From IMG/VR virus record IMGVR_UViG_2663763475_000011: 64,000 bases of DNA. One strand, written 5' to 3'. The notes under the pieces were generated by a model that made no database searches, was not told where the DNA came from, and saw nothing but the letters and a program-made list of their open reading frames with translations. The DNA is from an uncultured virus (IMG/VR IMGVR_UViG_2663763475_000011). Its lineage: Duplodnaviria; Heunggongvirae; Uroviricota; Caudoviricetes. A program made the position numbers and the translations under genes. Shown piece after piece: positions 47,333-57,625 of this stretch (position 1 is its first letter; every line of letters begins with the position of its first letter).

Positions 47333-47675
47333 TGTTCACCCCCGTTGAAACAGACATGGCAACCGGCGAGCCGTCATCCCGCTGGCCGGTCAGTTCAACC
47401 ACCATTGAGCCGTCGAAGGCGCTGGTAATGTTGACGGTGTTCAGCCTGATACGCGGCTCCCAGCGGCTGAGCGCGGTATACACCGCCGCCATCACCTGCA
47501 GGCGGATCACGTCGTTTTGTGGCTGGTCAATCAGCACCGACAGCAGCGAGCCGTATTCCCGGCGCTGCAGTCGGCTGCCTTCTGGCGTCATCAGGATGTC
47601 GCGCACGCTCTGGCGGATATGGTCGATGTCGGTGATCGCCTCGCCGGTGTCGCGGTTCATGCCGAGATACATCAT
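47319..47675 (-). CDS. W: Baseplate protein W
   Basis: HIRQSVRDIL, WEPRI. Confidence 0.93.
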   Translation of the reverse strand: MMYLGMNRDTGEAITDIDHIRQSVRDILMTPEGSRLQRREYGSLLSVLIDQPQNDVIRLQVMAAVYTALSRWEPRIRLNTVNITSAFDGSMVVELTGQRDDGSPVAMSVSTGVNSGSN

Positions 47676-48250
47676 TGCGGCCCTCCTGACATATCGCTGC
47701 CGGACTTCACGCCGCCGTGCTGATGGGCATCCACCACGACGCCGTTTGAACTCATGCCGCCGCCGCCCTGCGTCACCGCACCGTTCATCACGGTTTCGCT
47801 GTTGATCCGGGTCTGGTCAGCGTCCACGCCAAACTGCTCAGTGATGAGCTGGATCCCGTCGGCCGCCTCTATGCGCATGCTTTTGATGTTCTTTATCAGC
47901 AGCTGGCCGGTTTCCGGCTCGTACTGAAACCAGCCGCCGTCCTGAAACACGGTTGTCGCGCCGTTTTCTGAGTAGTCCGGCGGCGGAAAGGCGTCGGAAT
48001 AGATGGCGGGCAGCGCAAACGCGGTTTCGAGGTTGCCGCCCAGGCTCAGCAGCACAACCTGCTCGCCGACGGTGGGTTTCCACCATGTGCGGGTGTTACC
48101 GGCGCGCGTGGTGAGCCAGTTAATCCAGTTGGTTTCGATGTCGCCCGTTTTCACCCGGCACAGCCAGTTCACCGGGTCCACCTCGGACACGGTGCCGGTG
48201 CGGATCAGGTTGGTGATAAGGCGCATGATTTCGGTCAGTTTTTCGTTCAT
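47672..48250 (-). CDS. V: Baseplate spike V
   Basis: NLIRTGTV, PTVGEQV, HQH. Confidence 0.93.
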   Translation of the reverse strand: MNEKLTEIMRLITNLIRTGTVSEVDPVNWLCRVKTGDIETNWINWLTTRAGNTRTWWKPTVGEQVVLLSLGGNLETAFALPAIYSDAFPPPDYSENGATTVFQDGGWFQYEPETGQLLIKNIKSMRIEAADGIQLITEQFGVDADQTRINSETVMNGAVTQGGGGMSSNGVVVDAHQHGGVKSGSDMSGGPQ

Positions 48251-48296
48251 GGTCTGAGAGTGTCACTAAGGCAGGGGCCGGGCATCTGCCCGGCAT

Positions 48297-48314
48297 TGTC
48301 TGAGGTATGGCACA
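48297..48314. promoter_or_regulatory. Canonical Ogr site of V promoter
   Basis: TGT-CTGAGGTATGGC-ACA. Confidence 0.75.
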
Positions 48315-48325
48315 ACGACGGGCGG

Positions 48326-48772
48326 CTACTCTGTCAGCCAGCGCAGCAGGGTGTCGCGCACTGAGCTTTCAACCTCGTCATTTACGCCCAGCAGCGGGCG
48401 CTCCGCATATTTAACCATCGTGCCGCGCCGGTTTACCCGGTCGCGAAGGCCGTAGTGATGCACGCGGGCCAGCTTCTGCACGGCAGGCGCAAAGGCTATT
48501 TCGGCCTGATCGGCGCTGGCCTGCGCCTTCAGGTATTTTGTGGTTTTGAGCTTCGCAAACATCTTGCGCCGGATCCGGCCCGGCTTCGTGCGGGCCGTGG
48601 CGCGGCGGGGTTCCCATGCGGTGCCGTCCGGGGCGCGCTGCGCTGTGATGTTCGCCTGCTGAATGCGGCGCACGTCGCGCGCGACCTCGCGCAGCATCCT
48701 TTTTCTGGCCGACGGTTCAAGCTGCGCCAGCAGCGAATCCAGCCAGGCGTCAACCTCATGCAGTTCAGCCAT
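48326..48772 (-). CDS. S: Tail completion protein S
   Basis: QRAPDGTAWEPR, ARVHHYGL. Confidence 0.92.
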   Translation of the reverse strand: MAELHEVDAWLDSLLAQLEPSARKRMLREVARDVRRIQQANITAQRAPDGTAWEPRRATARTKPGRIRRKMFAKLKTTKYLKAQASADQAEIAFAPAVQKLARVHHYGLRDRVNRRGTMVKYAERPLLGVNDEVESSVRDTLLRWLTE

Positions 48773-49196
48773 GGCGCGTCGTCCAGAACTCCTCCGGCAC
48801 GTCCGGCTCCGGCACGGCCTCAATGGTCATTTTCCCGTCCACCTCCCGCGCCAGCACCCGCTCGGTCAGCTTCAGGTTCATGCTGATGTCGCAACGGTCA
48901 TTGCCGAGGATGTCGGCCTCAAAGGTAAAGAGCTTTTCCCGCTCGCCGGGGTTCTGCAGGGCGTCCGGCTGATTTTCCCGCAGCCAGAACATTACCGGGG
49001 CCATCAGCAGGTTCTGGTCGCCGGTAAAGTCGGTAATCACCACGTTCAGGGTGTAGCGGTATTCCCATGAAATCGACGCGGCGGACGTGGCAACCAGCGC
49101 ACCGTTATCCACGAACAGGTGCAGCCGGTCGGGATTGTCCGCCACGTAGGGCACGGCTTTATTCAGGGCGTTTCGCAAGGACTGCGGCTTGTTCAT
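48765..49196 (-). CDS. R: Tail completion protein R
   Basis: MNKPQSLR, WEYRYTL, LKLTERV. Confidence 0.92.
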   Translation of the reverse strand: MNKPQSLRNALNKAVPYVADNPDRLHLFVDNGALVATSAASISWEYRYTLNVVITDFTGDQNLLMAPVMFWLRENQPDALQNPGEREKLFTFEADILGNDRCDISMNLKLTERVLAREVDGKMTIEAVPEPDVPEEFWTTRHG

Positions 49197-49443
49197 CGTC
49201 TTTTTCCTGACAGCTGATGATGGTATCGACCTTATCCGCGCACGCCGCCCAGGCGGCCTCGGTTTCATCCAGCAGGGCGTTCAGATCGCCGTTACTGCGC
49301 GGCGCGGCCGGGTCCAGCTGGCAGCGGGTGATTTTGGGACAGCCACTCACGGTAAGATTCACCTCCGGTGAGGGCCGGTCGCTGGCGCAGCCGGACAACA
49401 GGATCAGGCAGAGGGGAATCAGCCCAGCGGCGCAGGTCTTCAT
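49159..49443 (-). CDS. lysC: LysC o-spanin
   Basis: LSGC lipobox, GCPKITRC. Confidence 0.8.
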   Translation of the reverse strand: MKTCAAGLIPLCLILLSGCASDRPSPEVNLTVSGCPKITRCQLDPAAPRSNGDLNALLDETEAAWAACADKVDTIISCQEKDDEQAAVLAKRPE

Positions 49444-49726
49444 TTTCACGTTTAAGCTCCTCAATGGTGCGTTGCCGGTCGCGCAGCAGTCTGCCGTTTT
49501 GCTCGGCGGCGGCATAAAGCTGCGTCTGCGCCTGGCTGTTCGTCTGCGTAAGAATGTTCAGGGCGATCAGCTGGCCGTTCTTCTGCGACAGCTTTTTGCC
49601 CTGTTCCGCAATCGCCGCCTGCTGCGTGCTGATGGTGTGGTGCGCATTGCTGAGCCGCCATGACTGCACGCCGAGCGCGGCCAGCATGAGAAGGGCAAGC
49701 GCTGCTGCCAGCAGCACCCGCCTCAT
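49292..49726 (-). CDS. lysB: LysB i-spanin
   Basis: TM, LKRENEDLRRWADSPLP. Confidence 0.87.
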   Translation of the reverse strand: MRRVLLAAALALLMLAALGVQSWRLSNAHHTISTQQAAIAEQGKKLSQKNGQLIALNILTQTNSQAQTQLYAAAEQNGRLLRDRQRTIEELKRENEDLRRWADSPLPDPVVRLRQRPALTGGESYREWLSQNHPLPAGPGRAAQ

Positions 49727-50238
49727 GCGCCCGCGCCCCTGAGACACCACGCCATTTCACGCTGGCGGCGGTTCTCCAGCCCCTGATTAAATACGCCTTT
49801 GACGTAAACCCAGCGCGGCAGCTGTCCGCAGGCCTCACGCCATCGCCCCTGTTTCAGCAGCGCTACCATGGTCGAGCCGCAGGCGTTGCCGGTGCCGACG
49901 TTGAACGCCAGCGACACCAGCGCGTCATAAACCTGCTGCGGCATTGATACCTCCACGCAGCGCGCCAGTGCCGCCTCGACGCGTAACACGTTTGTGATGA
50001 AGTTGCCCGCCGCCTGCCGCTCGGTGATGGTTTTCCCCGGCACCACGCCGCGCGTGTTGCCGATCCCGTCGGTCCAGACGCCGGCGCTGCACTGGTACGG
50101 CTGCAGGCGGCAGCCCTCATAGTCCGCGATGAGCTTCAGCCCCTCCACGGAGGTGTGCAGCTGCTGAAAGCCGGGCAGCGTGGCGGCCAGCGCCAGTACC
50201 ACGCCCACGGCGCAGCGCTTAACGGTTTGCAGATTCAT
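49723..50238 (-). CDS. SAR endolysin
   Basis: EGCRLQPYQCSAGVWT. Confidence 0.93.
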   Translation of the reverse strand: MNLQTVKRCAVGVVLALAATLPGFQQLHTSVEGLKLIADYEGCRLQPYQCSAGVWTDGIGNTRGVVPGKTITERQAAGNFITNVLRVEAALARCVEVSMPQQVYDALVSLAFNVGTGNACGSTMVALLKQGRWREACGQLPRWVYVKGVFNQGLENRRQREMAWCLRGAGA

Positions 50239-50431
50239 ATTCCTCCCGCGTGATGCGCCCGCTTGCCAGCAACAGATAGGTTTTGCGTTTGTAGTACCAG
50301 CTGATCACCGCCATCAGAATGCCGATAAGCAGGCCAGCCACGGTTGAAATGTCTTTCAGCGACATGTCGCCCAGCCACGCCATACCCACGGCGATAAACC
50401 AGACGATCCCGGCGCGAATGCGTTCCCACAT
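50219..50431 (-). CDS. Holin
   Basis: Hydrophobic helices, SWYYKRK. Confidence 0.85.
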   Translation of the reverse strand: MWERIRAGIVWFIAVGMAWLGDMSLKDISTVAGLLIGILMAVISWYYKRKTYLLLASGRITREEYESANR

Positions 50432-50434
50432 AGT

Positions 50435-50638
50435 TCAGTCCCAAAGCTGGACGGCCTGCACGGTTGCCGTCGTCGTCACGTCCGGCAATTCCAGTTCCAG
50501 CCCGTGCGGCAGGATGGGGCCATGCTCAGACAGCCCCGGATTCGCCCGTATAACCTGCTCGGTCATGCCCTGCGTGCGCCCGTAGTGACGCCAGCAGATC
50601 GCGTCTACCGTGTCGTACTGCTGCGCACGCACTTTCAT
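50435..50638 (-). CDS. X: Tail protein X
   Basis: DTVDAICWRHYGRT...QLWD. Confidence 0.92.
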   Translation of the reverse strand: MKVRAQQYDTVDAICWRHYGRTQGMTEQVIRANPGLSEHGPILPHGLELELPDVTTTATVQAVQLWD

Positions 50639-51102
50639 CAGATAAGCTCCACGGTGCTGTGCGGCAGGCTCTGCACGCGGCTGATGGCCCAGCGCGCGTC
50701 CCGCCACAGGTCGCCGGTCGTGTCGGCCAGCTCTTCGCCGCGCTTCGCCGCAGCGGCGGTCGCGTCAAAGTCCTGATAGCGCTCGTTAAGCACCGCACGG
50801 GTCCAGCACCACACCGCGTTAACGTAGTGATGCAGTCGCACGCTCTCACCGGCCAGCTTCTCCGCTGGCACGTCGGCCAGGGTGTTAAACCCGCGCAGCT
50901 CCTGCCGCTCCCGCCATGAATAAAGCTCGGTATTGACCTCCGCCATCGCGGTGAGCACCACCTGCTTTAAGCGCTCCGGCGTAACGGTGCCGTCTACGCG
51001 CATTACGCTGCGAAACTGCGCCAGATCGACGTCCGGCCAGAACGAGTTGTTAGGGATAATTTCCGGCGTTCCCGTCGCCTTCTGCGGCGCTACGAATTCC
51101 AT
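50638..51102 (-). CDS. L: Head completion protein L
   Basis: NSFWPD, LWRDARWAI. Confidence 0.92.
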   Translation of the reverse strand: MEFVAPQKATGTPEIIPNNSFWPDVDLAQFRSVMRVDGTVTPERLKQVVLTAMAEVNTELYSWRERQELRGFNTLADVPAEKLAGESVRLHHYVNAVWCWTRAVLNERYQDFDATAAAAKRGEELADTTGDLWRDARWAISRVQSLPHSTVELI

Positions 51103-51202
51103 AGCCTTGATACTCCTGAAAAGGTTGGGCGGTGGACGGGGTTTTGATTAGGCTCAGCCTGTCGCCACCCCGTGCCGCCCCGCGCGTGGGCACGTCCGGT
51201 TA

Positions 51203-51853
51203 TCAGCTGGCGTTGCGGATTTTCCGCTCCAGCTGCTCAATGTCTTTTTTCACGCCGCAGCGCTCGTCGAGCTGCAGCGCCTGCTTAAGGTGATTCAGGG
51301 CCATCTGGGGCTGGCTGCCGGTGAGCACGTAGCCGATGGACTTGTGCAGGCGGGCGCGCGACTGGTCCGGCATATCCAGCCCGTCGGTTGCCTCCAGCGT
51401 CTGCATCAGCAGGGCAGGATCAAAGTCGCTTTCTGCCATCAGGGCATTTTTAGCGGCGTCGGCCATCTCTTCAGCCAGCAGGGTCTGCACGTTGCGGTTA
51501 AACCCCTGCGGCATAGACCAGCCGTGCTTAAGTGCATGGCGGCCAACGGCCAGCGCCCCGGCATAATCCCCGGCGTCAATGCGCCACAGCATCGCGTACA
51601 TCAGCACGTCATCCTGCTGCGCGCCGTCGGCGGCCAGCACGCCGTCTACCCAGGCGGCATATTTCGGCAGCACTTCCACCTTGATTTCGGCTTTTTTTAC
51701 GTTGGACTGAATGCCTTTGAGGCGGCGGCGGTCTTCACCCAGCTGCATTAGCATCAGCTCGTAGCCGTTCGCGTGCCGGGCAGAGCCGCCCGTACGGGCG
51801 GCCTGCTCAGCCTGAACGCGCAGGCGGTGCTGCCGTGCGGGACTCAGGCTCAT
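51203..51853 (-). CDS. M: Terminase small subunit M
   Basis: SPARQHR, WRIDAGD, GVKKDI. Confidence 0.94.
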   Translation of the reverse strand: MSLSPARQHRLRVQAEQAARTGGSARHANGYELMLMQLGEDRRRLKGIQSNVKKAEIKVEVLPKYAAWVDGVLAADGAQQDDVLMYAMLWRIDAGDYAGALAVGRHALKHGWSMPQGFNRNVQTLLAEEMADAAKNALMAESDFDPALLMQTLEATDGLDMPDQSRARLHKSIGYVLTGSQPQMALNHLKQALQLDERCGVKKDIEQLERKIRNAS

Positions 51854-51856
51854 GGT

Positions 51857-52918
51857 TTACGCTCCGGCACCGGCATCAGCTGGCGCGCTAAAGTCGCCGA
51901 TGGTGATGTTTTCGATCAGCGCGGCGCAGCGGTAGTCCTCCACCACGTACGCTTCGTTAACCGACTCGTAGTTCTCGATGCGGTCGCGCTTCGGATTGTC
52001 GATAACCGAGCGGCGGCGGGTGTCCTCCTGCCAGTAAATCGACAGGTTATCCAGACGGGTGATCAGCAGGGCGTTCGCCGGGAAGTACGGCGCGCGCACC
52101 GCCTGCAGGCCGCCCATGCGTTTCTGGCTGATGATGAGATCGGCGGCCAGCTTTTCGGTGTTGGCCTGCTCACTGTTGACCAGCGGGAAATACTTGTCAG
52201 ACAGCAGCTCACGCCCACAGATAACCACCATTTCGTCATCGTCCTGGAAGATGGGATCGATAAGCTCGTTAACCGTATCCATGACCAGCGCGTCCAGGTT
52301 GAGATATTCGCCGCCTTTGCCGACCTTCACCGATCCGGCGGTGGTTTCGCCGTCTTTAGTCGTGCTACCCATCACGTTGTCCGGGGCGTCTTCGCGCAGC
52401 TTCTGCAGCCAGCCTTTGTTGACGTCCTGCAGCAGCGGGTTCTCTGCGCGGTTAGAGGTTTTGGCACGCTTCACGCCGTTGAAGCCGATCATGATGCGGT
52501 CCAGCGCCTGGCGCTTCACGATGGCGTCGCGGATGCGGGTCTGGAAGTCCTGAAACTTCGCCCACATGTCCAGCTTCGCGTAGGTAATGGCCGTGTCGAA
52601 GTTGGTCTGCTCGCACTTGTACTCGGTGTCGGTCATCGCCGTTGGATCGGTCGGCTCGCGGTCCTTAGAGCTGGTATCGGTAGTGCCTGCAATGGTGCTG
52701 CCGACGCCGAGGCCCAGCAGCTGGCCGGACTGCTCGGATACGGCGATAACGTTAACCAGCGTCAGAAACGCGGTGCTCTGCTGGATGGTGTCCTCCAGCG
52801 TCTGCGCCACGGACGGCTCCACGCTGAACTTGCTGGAAAGCTCCGCAATCTCTACGGAATAGATGCGCGCCAGCTGGCTCAGGTAGGCGTTAAAGGCGAA
52901 ACGGGTCTGTTTTTTCAT
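51857..52918 (-). CDS. N: Major capsid protein N
   Basis: LDRIMIGFNG, LDNLSIYWQ. Confidence 0.96.
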   Translation of the reverse strand: MKKQTRFAFNAYLSQLARIYSVEIAELSSKFSVEPSVAQTLEDTIQQSTAFLTLVNVIAVSEQSGQLLGLGVGSTIAGTTDTSSKDREPTDPTAMTDTEYKCEQTNFDTAITYAKLDMWAKFQDFQTRIRDAIVKRQALDRIMIGFNGVKRAKTSNRAENPLLQDVNKGWLQKLREDAPDNVMGSTTKDGETTAGSVKVGKGGEYLNLDALVMDTVNELIDPIFQDDDEMVVICGRELLSDKYFPLVNSEQANTEKLAADLIISQKRMGGLQAVRAPYFPANALLITRLDNLSIYWQEDTRRRSVIDNPKRDRIENYESVNEAYVVEDYRCAALIENITIGDFSAPADAGAGA

Positions 52919-52933
52919 GGGGTCTACTGCTCC

Positions 52934-53788
52934 TTAGCAGTTGGTCAGGTGAGCGGCCGGCGCATCGCCGCCCGGTGCGCGCTGGCGGTAGTCGGGGCGG
53001 CTGTCTGCGCGCTCCAGCTGCTCTTTAAGTTCGTTAAAGGCTTCCTTCTGCGCCGACAGATCATCCAGCTGCGACTGCAGGCTGCTTTCCAGCTGGCTCA
53101 GGCGCTCGGCCTGCTCGCCCAGCGTCCTGTCGGTGCGGGTGCCATAGTTCTGCTGCTCGCTGGCAATCAGCTCGACCGCCTGATGCACGTCGCTGAAACG
53201 GTCATCGTCGGTCTGCTTTTGTTTGGCAAACATCGCCTTGATGCGGGTAAACAGGGCGGGCTTTTCCTCCGGCACCTCTTCCAGCTCGATCACGGTTTCG
53301 GTGGCGGCGGTAAAAAGGTTGTCCGGGTGCTGTTTGCGGTTTGCCAGCGGGTTCTTTTCCGCCGACGCGCTGAACGCCAGCATTTCGGTGCCGAGGCTCG
53401 CCGGATCGTCCGTGGCAGCCAGGCCGACCAGGTAGGCTTTGCCGGTGTCGGCAAATTTGGTGCTGACCTCCATGGAGGTGAAAAGCTTCTGGCCCTTTTT
53501 GACCAGCTCGACGAGCGAATCCGTTGGCAGGATGTCGGCGTAGAGCGCCATTTTCCCGGCCAGCGGTCCGTCGGTGATTTCCTCCGCAACCAGCGCGCTC
53601 ACCGAGCCGTAGCGGTTAAAGGTGCTGTCCGGGGCGTAAGACTTGATGTGCTCCAGATTAATCAGCGCGGTGTAGACCTGCGGGTTGTACGCGGCGGCCA
53701 TCTGCACGAGCCACTCGCGGGAAATTTCGCGCCCGTCCGTGGTGGCACCTTCCACCCCGATCCGAAAACGCTTTGCAGTTACTGTCAT
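52934..53788 (-). CDS. O: Capsid scaffold/protease O
   Basis: EGATTDGR, TDDPASLGTE. Confidence 0.96.
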   Translation of the reverse strand: MTVTAKRFRIGVEGATTDGREISREWLVQMAAAYNPQVYTALINLEHIKSYAPDSTFNRYGSVSALVAEEITDGPLAGKMALYADILPTDSLVELVKKGQKLFTSMEVSTKFADTGKAYLVGLAATDDPASLGTEMLAFSASAEKNPLANRKQHPDNLFTAATETVIELEEVPEEKPALFTRIKAMFAKQKQTDDDRFSDVHQAVELIASEQQNYGTRTDRTLGEQAERLSQLESSLQSQLDDLSAQKEAFNELKEQLERADSRPDYRQRAPGGDAPAAHLTNC

Positions 53789-53867
53789 GAGCCAGGCTCC
53801 GTTGTGAAAAATCGCTTTGAGGCTCTATGTTTGCGGCGGGAGGGGTATCGAAACAACGCGGGGCCAT

Positions 53868-53885
53868 TGTGCGGAAAACCATACA
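53868..53885. promoter_or_regulatory. Canonical Ogr site between O and P
   Basis: TGT-GCGGAAAACCAT-ACA. Confidence 0.75.
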
Positions 53886-53931
53886 ATAAGGGGCGGCGGA
53901 AAAGGGGCCGCCGGGGCCGTATTTTGGGGCC

Positions 53932-55698
53932 ATGACAACGACACTCGCCCCCGAAGACCTCGATCCCCGCAGGCAGGCCTTGCTCCTGTACTTTCAGGGA
54001 TACCGTATCGCCCGCATTGCTGAAATGCTGGGAGAGAAACCCGCAACCGTTCACAGCTGGAAGAAGCGCGACAAGTGGAACGACTACGGCCCGCTTGACC
54101 AGATGCAGCTCACTACCGCCGCGCGCTACTGTCAGCTGGTTATGAAGGAGACGAAAGAAGGGAAGGACTACAAGGAAATTGACCTGCTGGCGCGCCAGTC
54201 CGAGCGCCACGCCCGCATCGGCAAGTTCAGCAACGGCGGGAACGAGGCGGACCTTAACCCGAAGGTGGCAAACCGAAACAGCGGCCCCCGTAAGCCACCG
54301 GAAAAAAACGTATTCAGCGACGAACAGATCGAGAAGCTGCAGGAGATTTTCCACGGCTCGATGTTCGGCTATCAGCGCCAGTGGTGGGATGCGGGCAACA
54401 AGCACCGCATCCGCAACGTGCTTAAATCCCGTCAGATCGGCGCGACGTTTTATTTTGCCCGCGAGGCGCTGATCGATGCCCTGACCACCGGGCGCAACCA
54501 GATTTTTCTCTCAGCCAGCAAGGCGCAGGCGCACGTCTTCAAGCAGTACATCATGGAGTTCGCCAAAGAGGTGGATGTAGAGCTGAAAGGCGACCCGATG
54601 ACGCTCAGCAACGGCGCATGCCTGTACTTTCTCGGCACCAATGCTCGCACCGCGCAGAGCTACCACGGCAATCTCTACCTGGATGAATATTTCTGGATCC
54701 CGAAGTTTCAGGAGCTGCGCAAGGTAGCGTCCGGCATGGCCCTGCACAAAAAATGGCGGCAGACCTACTTTTCCACCCCGTCCAGCCTGACGCACAGCGC
54801 CTATCCGTTCTGGTCCGGCGCGCTCTTCAACCGTGGGCGCGCTAAGGCGGACCGCGTGGACATCGACCTGACCCACGGCAACCTGTCGCCGGGCCGCTTC
54901 TGCGATGATGGCCAGTTCCGCCAGATTGTCACGGTTGAGGACGCCGTGCGCGGCGGTTGTAACCTGTTCGACCTCGAGCAGCTGCGCCTGGAGTACAGCC
55001 CGCCGGAATATCAGAACCTGCTGATGTGCGAATTCGTGGACGACCTGGCGTCCGTGTTCCCGCTGCAGCTGCTGCAGAAGTGCATGGTAGACAGCTGGGA
55101 AGTCTGGAACGACTTCGAGGCGCTGGCGCTGCGCCCGTTCGGCTGGCGCGAAGTCTGGATCGGCTATGACCCGGCGAAGGGCACGCAGAACGGCGACAGC
55201 GCCGGATGCGTGGTTATCGCGCCGCCCGCCGTGCCGGGCGGTAAGTTCCGCATTCTGGAACGGCACCAGTGGCGGGGCATGGACTTTCGCGCGCAGGCCG
55301 AGTCCATCAAAAAGCTGACGCAGCAGTATAACGTCACCTATATCGGCATCGACTCCACGGGCGTCGGCCTCGGTGTCTATGAAAACGTGAAGATGTTTTT
55401 CCCGGCGGTGAAAGAATTTGTCTACAACCCGAACGTGAAAAACGCCCTGGTGCTGAAGGCGTACGACATCATCAGCAGCGGCCGTCTGGAGTTCGACGCC
55501 GGGCACCTCGACATCGCGCAGTCATTCATGGCCATCCGCCGCGCCACCACGGCCAGCGGCAACCGCCCGACCTACGAAGCCAGCCGCAGCGAAGAGGCAA
55601 GCCACGCCGATCTCGCCTGGGCGACGATGCACGCGCTGGCAAACGAACCGCTGCAGGGCGAAGCCGCCCACAGCCGCAACATTATGGAGATTTACTGA
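53932..55698 (+). CDS. P: Terminase ATPase subunit P
   Basis: LKSRQIGAT, LYLDEYFW. Confidence 0.96.
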   Translation: MTTTLAPEDLDPRRQALLLYFQGYRIARIAEMLGEKPATVHSWKKRDKWNDYGPLDQMQLTTAARYCQLVMKETKEGKDYKEIDLLARQSERHARIGKFSNGGNEADLNPKVANRNSGPRKPPEKNVFSDEQIEKLQEIFHGSMFGYQRQWWDAGNKHRIRNVLKSRQIGATFYFAREALIDALTTGRNQIFLSASKAQAHVFKQYIMEFAKEVDVELKGDPMTLSNGACLYFLGTNARTAQSYHGNLYLDEYFWIPKFQELRKVASGMALHKKWRQTYFSTPSSLTHSAYPFWSGALFNRGRAKADRVDIDLTHGNLSPGRFCDDGQFRQIVTVEDAVRGGCNLFDLEQLRLEYSPPEYQNLLMCEFVDDLASVFPLQLLQKCMVDSWEVWNDFEALALRPFGWREVWIGYDPAKGTQNGDSAGCVVIAPPAVPGGKFRILERHQWRGMDFRAQAESIKKLTQQYNVTYIGIDSTGVGLGVYENVKMFFPAVKEFVYNPNVKNALVLKAYDIISSGRLEFDAGHLDIAQSFMAIRRATTASGNRPTYEASRSEEASHADLAWATMHALANEPLQGEAAHSRNIMEIY

Positions 55699-56732
55699 TG
55701 AGCAAACGCAGGAACCGTACGCGCACCCAGCCTGTGCAGCAGCAGATGACCGGCGGCGCGGCGGCAGAAGCTTTTACCTTCGGCGACCCGGTGCCGGTAC
55801 TGGACCGCCGCGAGCTGCTCGACTACGTAGAGTGCGTCATAAACGATCGCTGGTATGAACCGCCGGTGAGCTTTGACGGGCTGGCGCGCACGTTCCGCGC
55901 GGCCGTGCATCACAGCTCGCCGATCAACGTGAAGCGCAACATCCTGACCAGCTCGTTTATCCCGCACCCGTTACTGAGCCAGCAGGCTTTTAGCCGGTTT
56001 GTGCAGGACTATCTGGTGTTCGGCAATACGTATCTGGAGAAGCGTACCAACCGCCTCGGCGGGGTGATTGGGCTGGAGCCTGCCCTGGCGAAGTTTACGC
56101 GGCGCGGAACCGATCTCGACACCTACTGGTTTGTGCAGTACGGCCTGAACACGCAACCTTATAAGTTCACGCCGGGCAACGTGTTCCACCTGATGGAGCC
56201 GGATCTGAATCAGGAGGTTTACGGCCTGCCGGAATATCTTTCGGCCATCCCGTCTACGCTGCTGAACGAGTCGGCGACGCTGTTCCGCCGCAAGTATTAC
56301 CTCAACGGCAGCCACGCGGGTTACATCATGTACGTTACTGACCCCGCGCAGAATCAGGAAGATGTGGACGCCATGCGCAAAGCCATGAAAAGCACGAAGG
56401 GCCCTGGCAATTTCCGCAACCTGTTCATGTATTCGCCGAGCGGTAAAAAGGACGGTATTCAGATCATCCCGCTGTCAGAGGTAGCGGCTAAAGACGAGTT
56501 TTTGAATATCAAGAATGTGAGCCGGGATGACATGCTGGCCGCGCACAGGGTGCCGCCGCAGATGATGGGCATTATCCCGAACAACACCGGCGGGTTCGGT
56601 GACGTGGAGAAAGCCAGCAAAGTGTTTGTGCGAAACGAACTGATGCCGTTGCAAAAGCGATTTGAAGAACTGAACAGCTGGCTGGGTGAAGAGGTAGTTC
56701 GTTTTGAACCTTATAATCTAGAGGCTGGTTAA
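55698..56732 (+). CDS. Q: Portal protein Q
   Basis: AFTFGDP, AHRVPPQMMG. Confidence 0.96.
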   Translation: MSKRRNRTRTQPVQQQMTGGAAAEAFTFGDPVPVLDRRELLDYVECVINDRWYEPPVSFDGLARTFRAAVHHSSPINVKRNILTSSFIPHPLLSQQAFSRFVQDYLVFGNTYLEKRTNRLGGVIGLEPALAKFTRRGTDLDTYWFVQYGLNTQPYKFTPGNVFHLMEPDLNQEVYGLPEYLSAIPSTLLNESATLFRRKYYLNGSHAGYIMYVTDPAQNQEDVDAMRKAMKSTKGPGNFRNLFMYSPSGKKDGIQIIPLSEVAAKDEFLNIKNVSRDDMLAAHRVPPQMMGIIPNNTGGFGDVEKASKVFVRNELMPLQKRFEELNSWLGEEVVRFEPYNLEAG

Positions 56733-56737
56733 ATTTC

Positions 56738-56773
56738 ATGCACAGATTATTGATATGCAAATAATCTGTGCAT
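56738..56773. terminator. 14-bp stem hairpin between convergent portal and cargo operon
   Basis: ATGCACAGATTATT...AATAATCTGTGCAT. Confidence 0.7.
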
Positions 56774-56778
56774 CATTT

Positions 56779-57615
56779 TTATACTGCGGGGTTTAAATAA
56801 TCACCCACTTCGTCGGCCTGCAAGCTAATGTACTCTACTCGCCATTGGTCCATTCTTCTTAAGGCGTATAGATTAAACTCAATGTCTGGAACAGGGTTGC
56901 AAGACATAAGAGCAATGAGTTCACTTTGTGCCGGATCACCATGATAACCCATGAAAAGCTCTGTTATATGTGTAACAGCCTTTTCTGCTTCCTCTCTCGC
57001 TACCGGACCACTATCAATCGCATCATAAACCACATGAATGTTTAACTCATATGGTATACCTTCTTCCAAATCACTAAAGCGATCCTCACCCAAATCAAAA
57101 AACACGCCTAGCAAATAATCCGAATGTGCGGCAATGATTTTTGCCAGCTCTTTTTCAAATTTAAATTTCCCGCGATCAAAGGTACGAAGCCTACTCTCGA
57201 ATACATCGGGAAACGCCGGACGCCCATAGCGTGCCGCAAGCCATTGTTTCAGGGCTTGCTTTTCTTTAGGAGATATGGCGTAAAACTCATCGCACGCTGC
57301 GCTCGAAAGCTTTTCTTTTTCAATTTTAAACTTGTTAACTTGCTTGAGTTCTACAGCGCTCTGATTTACATCTAAAACCTGTTCAAAATTTAAATGCAGT
57401 ATTCGCGGATGCTTAGCGTGAGAGTAATTGCCAGCCCCTTTTATTAAGGGGCCAGCTATGAGTTCAACTTCTGGCTCAGAACTTTGTAAGTCGCAGTCAT
57501 GACTGATAACGACAACTTTAACGCCGGTTTGCTCTTCCGAAATTATACCTAAGGAAACAGCATCCTCATGCTTAAGAACGTGGCCTTGGCGCCATGTTGT
57601 ACCAGAGTCAACCAT
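56779..57615 (-). CDS. Hypothetical cargo protein (third gene of operon)
   Basis: 278 aa AT-rich ORF; WRQG, ISHDCDL, WLAARYGRPAFPD. Confidence 0.8.
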   Translation of the reverse strand: MVDSGTTWRQGHVLKHEDAVSLGIISEEQTGVKVVVISHDCDLQSSEPEVELIAGPLIKGAGNYSHAKHPRILHLNFEQVLDVNQSAVELKQVNKFKIEKEKLSSAACDEFYAISPKEKQALKQWLAARYGRPAFPDVFESRLRTFDRGKFKFEKELAKIIAAHSDYLLGVFFDLGEDRFSDLEEGIPYELNIHVVYDAIDSGPVAREEAEKAVTHITELFMGYHGDPAQSELIALMSCNPVPDIEFNLYALRRMDQWRVEYISLQADEVGDYLNPAV

Positions 57616-57625
57616 ATACGACTAT

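Noticed and set aside
51773..53935. 720-aa ORF on + strand
   Set aside because: Antisense shadow of the clearly recognisable N and O genes in GC-rich DNA
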